Source: an uncultured Nitrospiraceae bacterium
GTDB taxonomy: Bacteria; Nitrospirota; Nitrospiria; Nitrospirales; Nitrospiraceae
DNA: 64,000 bases
Assembly (NCBI GenBank): GCA_963730935.1
Contig: CAVSTP010000003.1
Location: forward strand, 96,001 to 160,000
Reading direction: 5' to 3'
The notes below the pieces were generated by a model that was given only the letters and a program-made list of their open reading frames with translations, made no database searches and was not told where the DNA came from. This document shows, one piece after another, positions 20,644 to 32,024 of the stretch; the first letter of the stretch is position 1; each line of letters starts with the position of its first letter. Both the position numbers and the translations under genes were made by a program.

Positions 20644-21927
20644 GTGATGGAGGACGCCGTATGGAAGGCAGTACAGGAACAATGCCCCGATGCGCATCAG
20701 GTCGACCTTCTGATTGCGCTCCCTTCCTTCAATCATGCGTCAACTATCGGTTCGGTACTCAAGGCGATTCTCGCAGGGCTCAAGGCATCCTTTACAGATG
20801 CGTCGATCCTCATCGTCAATGCCGATGTCGGGTCACAGGATGGAACGCCAGAGATCGTCAAGCAGACAGTTGGAGACCTGTTCCCCGTCGCTTTGATTCA
20901 GCCTCTGGGAGAAGGAAGTTCCGCCAGCCCGTTTGCCCTCAATCGGTTGTCGTATTCAGGCATGCCGGGCCGAGAGGAAGCCTTCAGATCCTTTTTTGTG
21001 CTGACCCAGCGGTTGCAAGCCAAGGCCTGTGTCGTCATTGATGCAAACGTGCGATCGGTCACAGCGGAGTGGATGACTTTGCTCGTCAAGCCGGTGTGGG
21101 AGAACGGTGCGGACTATGTGGCGCCCGTGTTCCGCCGCCCACGATATGAGGGCAGTTTGACCAATAATCTCATCGCACCCTTGACACGATCACTCTATGG
21201 GAAGCGCGTGGCCTGCCAGGTAGGAGGGGGTTATGGGTTTTCTCAAAGAATGGCCAGTGCCTTGTTCCAAAAGAAGTTTTTGTGGGAGGGAGAGGCCTCC
21301 CGCTTCGCCATTGATAGTTGGTTGACGACAGTTGCCGTCGCGGAGGGATTTGAGGTGTGGCAGGCGAGGCTCGGAGCGAAAGTTCAGGACCACAAGGCAG
21401 GCGCAGCTGATGTCGCAGTGAGCCTGGTGCAGGCAGTCGGTGCTTCATACCATTATATGGAGCATTATCAGGACGTGTGGGAAAAACCAATGGGCTCGAG
21501 TGCTGTGCCGGAGATCGGCAAGCCTACGGAACCCGAAGTTGAATCCGTGCCCATCCATGTGGAAAGGATGATGAAGGGGTTTCGACAAGGCTTGAGAGAT
21601 TTGCTGCCGATTTGGGAGGTCATTCTGACGCCGGAGACTTTGGCCGGTATCCTCGCGCTGGGTTTGAAAGATGATGAAGACTTCCGCTTTCCACTCGCAT
21701 TGTGGGTTCAGACCGTCTACGACTTTGCCGTCGCCTATCACGAGAAGGTGATCCATCGCGAGCACCTGCTCAGGTCGCTGATGCCTCTGTATCTCGGACG
21801 GACTACGTCGGTTGTCCTGGAGACTAGAGGCGGCGGTCCGGAGGTGGTCCAGCATACGGTCGAGCAAGGGTGTCAGACCTTTGAGGCAATGAAGCCGTAC
21901 TTGGTCGACCGATGGAGGTTCCAATGA
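20644..21927 (+). CDS. Glucosylglycerate synthase-like GT-A protein
   Basis: LPSFNHASTI, SQDGT, DYVAPVFRR, LTNNLIAPLTRSLYG, FAIDSWLTT, WVQTVYDF, PLYLGR. Confidence 0.78.
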   Translation: MMEDAVWKAVQEQCPDAHQVDLLIALPSFNHASTIGSVLKAILAGLKASFTDASILIVNADVGSQDGTPEIVKQTVGDLFPVALIQPLGEGSSASPFALNRLSYSGMPGREEAFRSFFVLTQRLQAKACVVIDANVRSVTAEWMTLLVKPVWENGADYVAPVFRRPRYEGSLTNNLIAPLTRSLYGKRVACQVGGGYGFSQRMASALFQKKFLWEGEASRFAIDSWLTTVAVAEGFEVWQARLGAKVQDHKAGAADVAVSLVQAVGASYHYMEHYQDVWEKPMGSSAVPEIGKPTEPEVESVPIHVERMMKGFRQGLRDLLPIWEVILTPETLAGILALGLKDDEDFRFPLALWVQTVYDFAVAYHEKVIHREHLLRSLMPLYLGRTTSVVLETRGGGPEVVQHTVEQGCQTFEAMKPYLVDRWRFQ

Positions 21928-22622
21928 GTGAAATGTGGCAGGAAGCCATGATTGCAGCCTTTCGCGAGATGATGAACCGAGCAGTGCTGTTTTTGCCCAA
22001 ACTGATGGCCATGGTGACCTTCCTTCTGGTTGGCCTTGCGGTGGGATGGCTCGTGAAACTGTTGCTCATGCACATTCTTAAGGCTGTGCGCTTCGAAGTC
22101 TTCTGCGAGCGCATTGGGCTCACTGCCGCCTTAGCAAAAGGCGGGGTGAAGCAGCGAATTTCCGATCTGATCGGTCGCTTCTCGTTTTGGGTGGTGTTCT
22201 TGTTTTTCGCATTCATGGGTGTCGACGCACTGGATCTTCCGGCCACTGCCAACCTCATGAGTGCCATCCTGGGCTTCTTGCCCCATGTGATCGCGGCCAT
22301 CCTCGTCGGCCTGCTGGGCATTCTCTTCGCCAACTTTAGCGGGGAAGCCGTATTGATCGCGGCAGTGAATGCCCAGATTCAGGGGGCTCGGTTTATGGCC
22401 AACATGGTTCGATGGGGAGTGATCATTTTCACCGGAGCCATGGTGTTCACGCAGCTGGGAATCGCGAAGGAAATTGTCGTCGCAGCCTTCTCCATAATTT
22501 TCGGCGGCATCGTGTTGGCCATGGCCATTGCGGTCGGCTTAGGAGGGCGCACGATCGCCAAAGAGGTGCTCGAGCGCCGGCTGCGTCGAGAGAAGGCCGG
22601 AGATGAGTTCACGCATATTTAG
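21924..22622 (+). CDS. MscS-associated TM-helix membrane protein (no soluble cage domain)
   Basis: Two FLP-initiated TM repeats; AIAVGLGGR; ATGA overlap with upstream stop. Confidence 0.78.
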   Translation: MSEMWQEAMIAAFREMMNRAVLFLPKLMAMVTFLLVGLAVGWLVKLLLMHILKAVRFEVFCERIGLTAALAKGGVKQRISDLIGRFSFWVVFLFFAFMGVDALDLPATANLMSAILGFLPHVIAAILVGLLGILFANFSGEAVLIAAVNAQIQGARFMANMVRWGVIIFTGAMVFTQLGIAKEIVVAAFSIIFGGIVLAMAIAVGLGGRTIAKEVLERRLRREKAGDEFTHI

Positions 22623-22642
22623 ATCGAGAAGGTGCTGACAAC

Positions 22643-24637
22643 ATGAAAGATGAGTTTGGAAGGCAGCGAGTCGCCATAGAAGGCGTCCGTCCAGAAATTG
22701 ATGGGGGGAGATTCCCCATTAAACGAACAGTCGGAGAAGAAGTTGTTGTGGAAGCCGATGCCTTTACCGATGGCCATGATGTCATTGCGGTGCTGCTTCA
22801 GTATCGCCATGAGGCCACGGCCAAATGGACAGAGATCCCGATGACGTTTCTCAACAACGACCGTTGGCGCGGCTCGTTTCCCGTCACCAGCTTGGGAGGC
22901 TGGCGCTACACCATCACCGGGTGGGTAGATCACTTTGCCACCTGGCGACGAGGCCTTCTCAAGAAACTAGAGGCCAAGCAGGAGGTTCAGGTTGATCTTC
23001 TGATCGGCACCAAGTTCATCGAGGATGCGAGTCGGCGGTCGACGACGGAGGAACGCCACACGCTCGTCACGTGGGGGAAGACTCTCGCCTCAGGGGACAC
23101 ACCGGAGGCAGAGCGCATTCGCTTGGCCTTGAGCGCGGAACTTGAAACGATGATGGCGAGATATCCGGATCGACGTGTCGCGTCGACCTATGGTCGCGAA
23201 CTCACCGTCATGGTGGATCGAGAAAAGGCTCGCTTCAGCACCTGGTATGAGATGTTCCCGCGCTCGTGGGGTCAAAAGCCGGGCAAGCACGGGACATTCA
23301 AAGACTGCGAAGCGCGTCTTCCGTACATCGCCTCAATGGGATTTGACGTGTTGTATCTCCCTCCCATCCATCCGATCGGACAGACGCATCGGAAGGGAAA
23401 GAACAATGCGCCTGCCGGCGGGCCGTCGGATCCAGGGAGTCCATGGGCGATCGGAGCTTTGGAAGGAGGCCATAAGGCGATTCATCCCGATCTGGGGACA
23501 CTGGACGACTTCCGAAGATTGATGGAGCGGGCGGGCACCTATGGCATCGAGATTGCCCTGGACATCGCGTTTCAATGCTCTCCTGATCATCCCTATGTGA
23601 AGGAGCATCGAGAGTGGTTTCGCATCAGGCCGGATGGGACCGTGCAGTATGCGGAAAACCCCCCAAAAAAATATCAGGATATTTTTCCGCTTGAGTTCGA
23701 GACCGACCAATGGCGCGAATTGTGGGAGGAGTTGAAGAGCGTCATTGTCTACTGGATCGAGCAAGGCGTACGGATCTTTCGGGTCGACAATCCGCACACA
23801 AAACCCTTCCCCTTTTGGGAGTGGCTCATCAGAGAAATTTGGACAGCGCACCCAGACGTCATTTTTCTGGCTGAAGCCTTTGCTCGACCAAAAGTGATGC
23901 TGCGGTTGGCAAAATTAGGTTTTACCCAGTCGTACAATTATTTCCCCTGGCGGAATACCAAATCGGAAATCACCCAGTACTTCACCGAGTTGACCCAAAC
24001 AGAGGTACGAGAATTTTTCCGCCCAAACCTCTGGCCCAACACGCCGGACATCCTCACGGAGCAGCTCCAGCACGGAGGACGCCCAGCCTTCATGTCTCGA
24101 TTCGTGTTGGCGGCAACGCTGGGAGCCAGTTACGGCATCTATGGGCCGGCGTTTGAACTGGGAGAGCACGTTCCACGGGAACCCGGAAGCGAAGAGTATT
24201 TGCATTCAGAAAAATATGAAATCAAGCACTGGCATCTTGATCGGGAGGACAGCCTCAGCGAATTTATCGGCCACGTGAATCGCATCCGGCGTGAGAATCC
24301 GGCGCTTCAGAGCGACTGGAGTCTGCACTTTCATGATGTCGCAAATGACCAGTTGCTCTGTTACAGCAAGCGGACCTCGGATGGGTCGAACATCGTTCTC
24401 GTCGTGGTCAATCTTAGCCCGCATCATGTGCATTCAGGCTGGCTCGAGTTAGATCTGGAGAGTCTGGGAGTTGAGGAGAAGCACCCATTCCAAGTTCAGG
24501 ATCTGCTGACCAATGCCCACTATCTCTGGCACGGAAAGCGGAACTACATTGAAATCAATCCTCATTCGGCTCCTGCCCACATTTTCAGTATCCACCGACG
24601 GGTCCATACGGAGCGGGACTTCGACTACTATTTCTAA
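22643..24637 (+). CDS. glgE: Alpha-1,4-glucan:maltose-1-phosphate maltosyltransferase
   Basis: WYEMFPRS, YLPPIHPIG, QCSPDHP, AENPPKKYQDI, FRVDNPHTKP, SEKYE. Confidence 0.96.
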   Translation: MKDEFGRQRVAIEGVRPEIDGGRFPIKRTVGEEVVVEADAFTDGHDVIAVLLQYRHEATAKWTEIPMTFLNNDRWRGSFPVTSLGGWRYTITGWVDHFATWRRGLLKKLEAKQEVQVDLLIGTKFIEDASRRSTTEERHTLVTWGKTLASGDTPEAERIRLALSAELETMMARYPDRRVASTYGRELTVMVDREKARFSTWYEMFPRSWGQKPGKHGTFKDCEARLPYIASMGFDVLYLPPIHPIGQTHRKGKNNAPAGGPSDPGSPWAIGALEGGHKAIHPDLGTLDDFRRLMERAGTYGIEIALDIAFQCSPDHPYVKEHREWFRIRPDGTVQYAENPPKKYQDIFPLEFETDQWRELWEELKSVIVYWIEQGVRIFRVDNPHTKPFPFWEWLIREIWTAHPDVIFLAEAFARPKVMLRLAKLGFTQSYNYFPWRNTKSEITQYFTELTQTEVREFFRPNLWPNTPDILTEQLQHGGRPAFMSRFVLAATLGASYGIYGPAFELGEHVPREPGSEEYLHSEKYEIKHWHLDREDSLSEFIGHVNRIRRENPALQSDWSLHFHDVANDQLLCYSKRTSDGSNIVLVVVNLSPHHVHSGWLELDLESLGVEEKHPFQVQDLLTNAHYLWHGKRNYIEINPHSAPAHIFSIHRRVHTERDFDYYF

Positions 24638-24663
24638 GTGGAGCGAGGCGTGTTGAGGGGAAC

Positions 24664-26292
24664 ATGAACATGTTGACGGCTACGCATGATTGGATGCGTC
24701 TCTTTGAAGGAGAGACCGCTGGGGACTTGATGAGAGCCCTGCCGGAGATTCTTCAGGCCAGGCGCTGGTTCGGAGGGAAAGCTCGGCGCATCCAGAAAGT
24801 CGACTTCCTGGATTGCATTGCCATCCCATCTGATTCGCTGTCGATGCTCCTGTTGATCCGGGTGGAGTACGAGCAGGCTGGGACTGAAACGTACACGCTG
24901 CCCGTAACGGCGGCCTTCGGGGACGAAGCTGAGCATATCCAGCGGGAAATTCCTACGGCTGTTATTGCTCCCTTTGTGCTGCAGAGAGAGGCCAAAACAG
25001 AGAACGGTCTGTTATACGATGCCCTCTGGAACCGGGATTTCACCCTTGCTCTTCTGACAGCGGTGCGTCATGACGCTTGGTTGAACGGACTCAACGGAGG
25101 CATGGCGGCTTCATCGACGAACGCCTTCACAGATCTGATGCCCGTGGGAGTGAAGCCTGAACCAGTTGTCATGAAATCAGAGCAGAGTAACACGTCTGTC
25201 GCCTATAACGGCTATGTCATCTTGAAACTGTATCGACGCCTGGAAGAGGGCATCAATCCGGATCTCGAGATGGGTCGGGCGTTGACCCGCCTGCGGTTCT
25301 CTCATGTCCCGTTGCTTGCCGGGGCGCTGGAGTATCAGGCGGCTTCCGGCCGCCTACTGACGCTTGGCGTGCTGCAACAGTTTGTGGCCAACGACGGCAA
25401 CGCGTGGCAATTCAGCCTTGAAGCTGTGAAGCAGTTCTTCGATCGAGTCGACTCAGAGCAGTTGAGAGATGAACCACCTCCCGAGCATACATCTCGTCCG
25501 CTCGAATCGGCACGCGAGCCGTATGCACCGCTCGCCCATCACCTCCTCGGCGGCGATGTGGAATGGGCAGAGCGGTTAGGGCAACGAACCGCCCAACTAC
25601 ACGACGCACTCAGCCAAGTGGCAGATGATCCGGCTTTTGCTCCCGAGCCCCTTACGGCTCAATACAGGCAAACTCAACACGCGACAGTCGAGCGTGGCAT
25701 GACAGAGGCCCTGCGGCTCCTCAAGGAGCGCAGACAGTTCCTCTCAACAGGCGGGCAAGAACAGGCTCGCCTGTTATTCGAACTCAGACCTGCCATTGAA
25801 CGGATCATCGCGGCCTTCGAGACCGTCGCGACCTCAGTGCCGCGCATTCGGTGTCACGGCGATTATCACCTTGGGCAAGTGTTGTGCACAGCAGCCGATT
25901 TCATGATCATTGATTTCGAGGGAGAGCCGGCTCGTGCATTGGCGGAGCGCCGGATGAAGCATCCGGTCGTGTTGGACGTCGCTGGCATGATTCGATCGTT
26001 TCACTATGTTCCATTCGCATTTCTGAAAGGGCAAGGGCTCGAGCCTTCTCGGTGGGCGTCCTATTGGTCTAATTGGATGAGTGCCGGCTTTGTAAAGGGC
26101 TATCTCAGGACGGCAACAGGATCCAGCTTTTGGCCTCCAAGTCGCGATGATGTGGACAGGTTGATGGACCTGTATCTCGTGGACAAGGCGTTCTATGAAT
26201 TGCGCTATGAACTGAACAATCGACCAGATTGGGTTGAAATTCCGTTGCATGGTCTCGTGGCGATTTTGGAACATGGACAGCATGAGGCGTGA
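24664..26292 (+). CDS. mak: Maltokinase (Pep2/Mak)
   Basis: RRWFGGK, EQSNTS, HGDYHLGQVL, IIDFEGEP, YELNNRPDW. Confidence 0.92.
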   Translation: MNMLTATHDWMRLFEGETAGDLMRALPEILQARRWFGGKARRIQKVDFLDCIAIPSDSLSMLLLIRVEYEQAGTETYTLPVTAAFGDEAEHIQREIPTAVIAPFVLQREAKTENGLLYDALWNRDFTLALLTAVRHDAWLNGLNGGMAASSTNAFTDLMPVGVKPEPVVMKSEQSNTSVAYNGYVILKLYRRLEEGINPDLEMGRALTRLRFSHVPLLAGALEYQAASGRLLTLGVLQQFVANDGNAWQFSLEAVKQFFDRVDSEQLRDEPPPEHTSRPLESAREPYAPLAHHLLGGDVEWAERLGQRTAQLHDALSQVADDPAFAPEPLTAQYRQTQHATVERGMTEALRLLKERRQFLSTGGQEQARLLFELRPAIERIIAAFETVATSVPRIRCHGDYHLGQVLCTAADFMIIDFEGEPARALAERRMKHPVVLDVAGMIRSFHYVPFAFLKGQGLEPSRWASYWSNWMSAGFVKGYLRTATGSSFWPPSRDDVDRLMDLYLVDKAFYELRYELNNRPDWVEIPLHGLVAILEHGQHEA

Positions 26293-26345
26293 AGCCAGGG
26301 GAGCAGCTGCTCCGCGAACGATACCCAGTCTGTAAGGAGTGACCA

Positions 26346-28286
26346 ATGACGAAAACCCACTTTACACCAGATACGTCCGACAAGCAGGTGACGTTGCTCA
26401 GCAAAGATGATTTGTATCTCTTCAATGAAGGGACGCACTTTCATCTCTTCGACAAGCTGGGCGCACATCCGTTGGAGCATAATGGCGTCGGCGGAACCTA
26501 TTTTGCCGTGTGGGCGCCCAATGCGGGAGAGGTCTCGGTCATCGGTGCGTTCAACGATTGGCAGAAGGGAACACACACTCTGTCGCCGGTCAGGGAATCC
26601 GGAATTTGGGAAGGCTTTTTCCCTGGTGTCGGTAAAGGTACGCTTTATAAGTTTCATATCCGAACACGAACCGGCGACTATGAGGTCGATAAGACCGATC
26701 CCTTTGCCTTCTTTAACGAGATTCCTCCTAAGACAGCATCGATCGTGTGGGACTTAGAGTATACGTGGCAGGATCACGCCTGGATGCAACACCGGCATCA
26801 GCGGAATGCGTTGAGCGCTCCAATGACGGTTTATGAAATGCATGTAGGATCATGGAGACGAGTTCCTGATGAGGGAAACCGTTCGCTGAGCTACCGTGAA
26901 CTTGCTGAGTCCTTGCCGGGATATCTCAAGGAGATGGGATTTACCCATGTGGAGTTCTTGCCGATCATGGATCACCCGTTTTTCGGCTCATGGGGGTACC
27001 AAACCACCGGATACTTCGCTCCGACCGGCAATTTTGGAACGCCCCAGGATTTAATGTATCTCGTCGATGCGCTCCATCAACACGACATAGGGGTCATACT
27101 GGACTGGGTGCCTTCACATTTTCCGACCGATGGCCACGGTCTGAGTTTCTTTGATGGCACTCATCTCTTTGAGCATGCCGACGCTCGGCAAGGATTCCAT
27201 CCTGACTGGAAAACCTACATCTTCAATTATGGCCGCAACGAGGTGAGAAGTTTTCTGATCAGCAGCGCGTTGTTCTGGCTGGAAAAATACCATGCTGATG
27301 GATTACGCGTGGATGCGGTCGCATCAATGCTCTATCTGGATTATTCACGAAAAGAGGGGGAATGGATTCCCAACCAATATGGAGGGAGAGAAAACATCGA
27401 GGCCATTTCTTTTTTGCGTCGATTCAACGAAGAGGTCTATCGGAGCCATCCCGATGTCCAGACGATTGCCGAGGAGTCGACGGCCTGGCCGATGGTGTCC
27501 AAGCCGACGTATCTCGGAGGACTGGGCTTCGGTTTAAAGTGGGACATGGGGTGGATGCACGACACGCTCTCCTACATGAGCCAGGATCCGTTCTTTCGTA
27601 AATATCACCATAATAAGCTGACGTTTCGCATGTTGTACGCGTTTCACGAGAATTTTATTCTGCCCCTCTCGCATGACGAAGTCGTGTACGGCAAGGGCTC
27701 TTTGCTTGGGAAGATGCCCGGAGACCACTGGCAAAAGTTCGCCAATTTACGCCTGCTGTATGGGTACATGTACGCACAAGCGGCGAAAAAGCTCCTCTTT
27801 ATGGGCGGCGAGATCGGGCAGTGGAGCGAATGGGCGCACGACGCCAGCTTGGAATGGCATCTCCTTGGCCAGCCACTGCATAGCGCTCTGCAGCGATGGG
27901 TCGCGGATTTGAACCGGTTGTATCGGGCTGAACGGGCGCTCCATGAGCGTGACATCGATCCCTCGGGATTTGAATGGATCGATTGCAACGATACGGAATC
28001 TGGCGTCATTAGCTTGATGCGCAAGGGCGCATCAACCGATGAGCTGCTGTTCGTCATCTGTAATTTCACGCCGGTGCCACGGCCGAACTATCGCGTGGGC
28101 ATTCCGCGCGGAGGATTCTGGCAGGAAGTGCTCAACAGCGACGCCACTCTCTATGGCGGAAGTGGTTGGGGAAACCTCGGCGGGGTCGATGCCGTTCCGG
28201 TGTCCCTGCACGGGAGGAGTCACTCGTTGACTCTGTCGCTGCCGCCACTGTCCGCGCTGTTCTTTAAACACGGCGGCGTCCGTTAA
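26346..28286 (+). CDS. glgB: 1,4-alpha-glucan branching enzyme
   Basis: [47 protein letters not shown]. Confidence 0.96.
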   Translation: MTKTHFTPDTSDKQVTLLSKDDLYLFNEGTHFHLFDKLGAHPLEHNGVGGTYFAVWAPNAGEVSVIGAFNDWQKGTHTLSPVRESGIWEGFFPGVGKGTLYKFHIRTRTGDYEVDKTDPFAFFNEIPPKTASIVWDLEYTWQDHAWMQHRHQRNALSAPMTVYEMHVGSWRRVPDEGNRSLSYRELAESLPGYLKEMGFTHVEFLPIMDHPFFGSWGYQTTGYFAPTGNFGTPQDLMYLVDALHQHDIGVILDWVPSHFPTDGHGLSFFDGTHLFEHADARQGFHPDWKTYIFNYGRNEVRSFLISSALFWLEKYHADGLRVDAVASMLYLDYSRKEGEWIPNQYGGRENIEAISFLRRFNEEVYRSHPDVQTIAEESTAWPMVSKPTYLGGLGFGLKWDMGWMHDTLSYMSQDPFFRKYHHNKLTFRMLYAFHENFILPLSHDEVVYGKGSLLGKMPGDHWQKFANLRLLYGYMYAQAAKKLLFMGGEIGQWSEWAHDASLEWHLLGQPLHSALQRWVADLNRLYRAERALHERDIDPSGFEWIDCNDTESGVISLMRKGASTDELLFVICNFTPVPRPNYRVGIPRGGFWQEVLNSDATLYGGSGWGNLGGVDAVPVSLHGRSHSLTLSLPPLSALFFKHGGVR

Positions 28287-29932
28287 GAAAGACGTACGAG
28301 CCGACCTTCGTCAGGACCGAGCCGTATTCGGGCGGGATCCCACTTGGAATCTGCCGCATCGGGATTTGTAGACGCCAGGACGAGGCCCTGTAAAGAGCCG
28401 AAAGGCAGGGCGAAGTCACAGGCCCGTTGCGAAAAATTGACTACGACCAACATCCGCTCGACCGTTCCCGTCTCGGTGCGCGCCTCCCGCTCGTAAAGCA
28501 GGCAATCACGAGGACTGCCTTCGATCACATGGTAGTCTCCTCGACTCAACGCGGGAGACATTCGGCGAAGCGCGAGCAGTTGTCGATACAGCGACCAGAG
28601 GGAACGTGGATCGGCAGCCTCTGATGCCACATTGAGCCGCGAATAGTCTTGGGGCAGGGGAAGCCAGGGCCGGCTGGTCGTGAACCCCGCGTGGAAGGAA
28701 GCATCCCATTGCATCGGCGTGCGCGCCGGGTCCCGTCCAGGGCGAAAGGGCCAGAAGCGCTTGGTATAAGGATCACGTAAATCCCGATAGCGCAGCGTTC
28801 CGTTTCGCATTCCAACTTCTTCGCCATAATACAGGAAGGGGGTTCCAGGCATTGTGAGCAAGAGAAGGGCGGCAGCTCTGGCGCGAGCCTCGGCATCCCC
28901 TCCAGCGCCATACCGGTCGATATGACGTGGTTGATCATGGTTGCTCATCACGATCGTCGGCCAACCTCCCTTTGGAATGGACGGGACATGTTGTGACAGG
29001 AACTGACGGAAGCTGTCCGCGCACCATGGCGACTTCATCAGGCGAAAATCGAACACCAGATGCAGTTCATCGTCGCCCTTTCCATAAAATGAGGCAGGGC
29101 CGCCTGGTGTGTCGGCAGCGGCCTCGCCGATCAAGACGATGTCAGGGTAAGCCGAAACAATTTGCCGCAACTCCTGCATGCTGTCATGTGCGAGAGCCTG
29201 ATCGCGGTCGTACACATGGTGTTGCCTGGTATAACCGCGAAGACCGAGTCGAAACGGATTGTTCTTCCATCGCATGTCCTTGCCCAGCCAGTTGATCGCG
29301 TCAAGGCGAAACCCGTCGACCCCCCGATCGAGCCAGAATCGAACGACATCCCACATCGCGGCCCGGACGGAGGGATCCTGCCAGTTCAGGTCCGGCTGTT
29401 CCTTCAAAAATGAATGGAGATAATACTGCCGGGCTTCTGGATCCCACGTCCAGGAGGAGCCGCCGAACCGAGCATTCCAGTTACTCGGCCGGCGCCCAAA
29501 CGACTTGCCGTCAGCCCAACAGTACCAGTGGCGCTTGGGCGAGAAGCGCGAAGCGCGTGATTCAAGGAACCATTTGTGCTGATTCGACGTGTGGTTCAGG
29601 ACAAGGTCCATGATCACGCGGAGCCCGAGACGGTGAGCCTCCTCAAGGAGGTCGTCAAAATCCTTGAGCGTGCCAAAGCGGGGGTCAATATTGACGTAGT
29701 CGCTCACGTCGTAGCCGAAATCATGCATCGGAGATGGGTAGATGGGGGAAAGCCAAATCGCATCCGCTCCGAGTGAGTGCTGTGCACCTCGGAGATAATT
29801 CAGCCTGGATCGGATGCCGCGAAGGTCGCCGATGCCGTCGTTATTGGAGTCCTGGAAACTCCATGGATAGATTTGATAAAAGACGGCGGATTGCCACCAG
29901 GGAAGTTTGAGAGGACGAGACGCAGGAAACAT
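28283..29932 (-). CDS. GH13 alpha-glucosidase
   Basis: [50 protein letters not shown]. Confidence 0.92.
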   Translation of the reverse strand: MFPASRPLKLPWWQSAVFYQIYPWSFQDSNNDGIGDLRGIRSRLNYLRGAQHSLGADAIWLSPIYPSPMHDFGYDVSDYVNIDPRFGTLKDFDDLLEEAHRLGLRVIMDLVLNHTSNQHKWFLESRASRFSPKRHWYCWADGKSFGRRPSNWNARFGGSSWTWDPEARQYYLHSFLKEQPDLNWQDPSVRAAMWDVVRFWLDRGVDGFRLDAINWLGKDMRWKNNPFRLGLRGYTRQHHVYDRDQALAHDSMQELRQIVSAYPDIVLIGEAAADTPGGPASFYGKGDDELHLVFDFRLMKSPWCADSFRQFLSQHVPSIPKGGWPTIVMSNHDQPRHIDRYGAGGDAEARARAAALLLLTMPGTPFLYYGEEVGMRNGTLRYRDLRDPYTKRFWPFRPGRDPARTPMQWDASFHAGFTTSRPWLPLPQDYSRLNVASEAADPRSLWSLYRQLLALRRMSPALSRGDYHVIEGSPRDCLLYEREARTETGTVERMLVVVNFSQRACDFALPFGSLQGLVLASTNPDAADSKWDPARIRLGPDEGRLVRLS

Positions 29933-30117
29933 TGCAGGTGTGGACAGTAACGCATGGCATCTTAGAACTCAAGCAGCGCGAGAAATGAAACTGGGGTTGA
30001 GCTACCCACTCTGCTACGAAGACAGGACAAACGAGCCTCATTTGATGTAGAGTTCCTCTACATCAGGGGGAAATCGTGAACATTTAAGCGCCAGATTAAC
30101 GTGGAAAGAGGTACACC

Positions 30118-31764
30118 ATGAAGTCCTCTCACATGATCGGGTTCGCGGTGGCTGTTCTGCTCGCTTGTGCCGCTCCCAGTTCGGGCACAGAGTCGACAGC
30201 GGAGCCCTCGCCGCCGAAAAGCAATTCTGACACGGTCCCCCTCTATACGAACCTCGGTTCCCACCACAAACGCATCTCCACTCGAGTCGAGGCCACACAG
30301 CAGTACTTCGACCAGGGCCTGCGACTCGTCTATGGATTCAATCACGCGGAAGCGATCCGTTCGTTCACGCGCGCCGCAGAGCTCGATCCCACCTGCGCCA
30401 TGTGCTACTGGGGGATCGCACTCGCCTACGGCCCGAACGTCAACGCTCCGATGGACTCGGCGAGCGGACTGGCCGCGTACGCGGCGGCGCAGAAAGCGCT
30501 GGCGCTCAAGTCCCATGGCACGGCGGCTGAGCGTGCCTACATCGAGGCGGTTGCGCAGCGCTACGCGGAGGTCCCGCCGACGGATCGTGCCCGGTTGGAC
30601 ACGTTATACTCGCGCGCGATGGGCCGAGTCGCAAAGACCAACCCCAACGACCTCGACGCTGCAACCCTGTATGCCGAATCGCTGATGGACCTTCGGCCGT
30701 GGAACTACTGGCGACCCAACGGCACTCCTTACCCCGGCACGAATGAAATCGTACGACAGCTCCAGAAAGTTATCTCGCGCAACCCGAACCATCCCGGCGC
30801 CTGCCATTACTACATCCACGCGGTCGAAGCGGTGAACCCGAAGGCCGCAGTGCCTTGCGCCGAGCGGCTCGCTCGGCTCATGCCGGGCGAAGGACACATG
30901 GTCCACATGCCCGCACACATCTACATCCGCGTTGGACGCTGGAACGACGCCGTGGAAGCCAATCAACACGCCATCCACACCGACGAGGAGTTCATCGAAG
31001 GGCAGCACCCGATGGGCGTCTATCCGCTCGCGTATTACCCGCACAACATCCATTTCCTCGCCTTCGCCTCCACGATGGCGGGCCGCAGTGCGCAGGCAAT
31101 CGAGGCGTCCAATACACTCACCTCCAAGGTGAACCTCGATGTCGCGCGGCAGGTCGGGATGCTGCAGGAGATGGTGCCCTACCACGCACTCACGCTCACG
31201 ACGTTCGGAAAATGGGACGAGGTGCTTGCCGAACCGCTTCCGCCGGAGGACATCCGCTTCTCATACGCCATGGCCCAGTACGCCCGCGGCGTGGCGCATG
31301 CCGCCAAGGGACAGTGGCCGGAGGCGCAAGCCGCGCTCGACACGGTGACGGCAATCAACGCCGCGACGCCCGATGGTGCCGATGGCAAGACCGCGCTCTC
31401 GATTGCCGTACATGCGCTGTCCGGCGAGATCACCACCCGCCGCGGCGACCTGGACGCAGGCATCAAGCACTTCCGGGAGGCGGCCAAGATCGAGGACGCG
31501 GGCCTCTACTTCGAACCGCCCAAGTGGTACTACCCGATTCGGCACTCGCTCGGCGCCGCACTGGTGAAGGCGGGACGAAATGCCGAGGCCGAGAAGGTGT
31601 ATCGCCAGGACCTCAGGCGATTCCCCGAGAACGGCTGGTCCCTGTTCGGGCTCGCGCAGGCGCTCCGGGCGCAAAAAAAGGACACCGAAGCCGCCGCGGT
31701 GGAAGTGCGCTTCCACCGAGCGTGGGCGAGCACGGATGTGACGCTGACGGCATCGAGGTTGTAG
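30118..31764 (+). CDS. Exported TPR-repeat protein with conserved His clusters
   Basis: Signal peptide; YGFNHAEA, HPGACHYYIH, GHMVHMPAHIY, PENGWSLFGL. Confidence 0.85.
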   Translation: MKSSHMIGFAVAVLLACAAPSSGTESTAEPSPPKSNSDTVPLYTNLGSHHKRISTRVEATQQYFDQGLRLVYGFNHAEAIRSFTRAAELDPTCAMCYWGIALAYGPNVNAPMDSASGLAAYAAAQKALALKSHGTAAERAYIEAVAQRYAEVPPTDRARLDTLYSRAMGRVAKTNPNDLDAATLYAESLMDLRPWNYWRPNGTPYPGTNEIVRQLQKVISRNPNHPGACHYYIHAVEAVNPKAAVPCAERLARLMPGEGHMVHMPAHIYIRVGRWNDAVEANQHAIHTDEEFIEGQHPMGVYPLAYYPHNIHFLAFASTMAGRSAQAIEASNTLTSKVNLDVARQVGMLQEMVPYHALTLTTFGKWDEVLAEPLPPEDIRFSYAMAQYARGVAHAAKGQWPEAQAALDTVTAINAATPDGADGKTALSIAVHALSGEITTRRGDLDAGIKHFREAAKIEDAGLYFEPPKWYYPIRHSLGAALVKAGRNAEAEKVYRQDLRRFPENGWSLFGLAQALRAQKKDTEAAAVEVRFHRAWASTDVTLTASRL

Positions 31765-31823
31765 GCCTCGCTAGAAAAGTCGATCATTCACCGGTTAGGA
31801 CGATATCGTGGTCTCAATGCCAA

Positions 31824-32024
31824 TCATCTTGCGCACCTCGGGCTTGTACATTGTTGTGCCGTCGCTTTTTGCATAGTCGGTCCAGGGGAGACAAATTTTC
31901 GAGAGAGCTCTTGAACGTAATATTCAACTAGGCTGCTCTCATCATCGTTCAATGTAACCTCTGTGGAGAGTAGATGCTCACAGGCGCGGCTATAGACGAG
32001 AATTTCCTGGCTGAGTTGCATCAT
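31824..32024 (-). CDS. Small helical-hairpin protein (ACExLL family)
   Basis: GGGAGG RBS; MMQLSQEILVYSRACEHLL...LNDDESSLVEYYVQEL. Confidence 0.7.
   Translation of the reverse strand: MMQLSQEILVYSRACEHLLSTEVTLNDDESSLVEYYVQELSRKFVSPGPTMQKATAQQCTSPRCAR

Noticed and set aside
30855..31931. 358-aa Arg-rich ORF
   Set aside because: Alternative-frame shadow of the GC-rich TPR gene
31824..32024. Spo0E identity based on SQEI
   Set aside because: The SQELD signature is incomplete, lies in the first helix and is not conserved in the paralogs; kept only as an analogy
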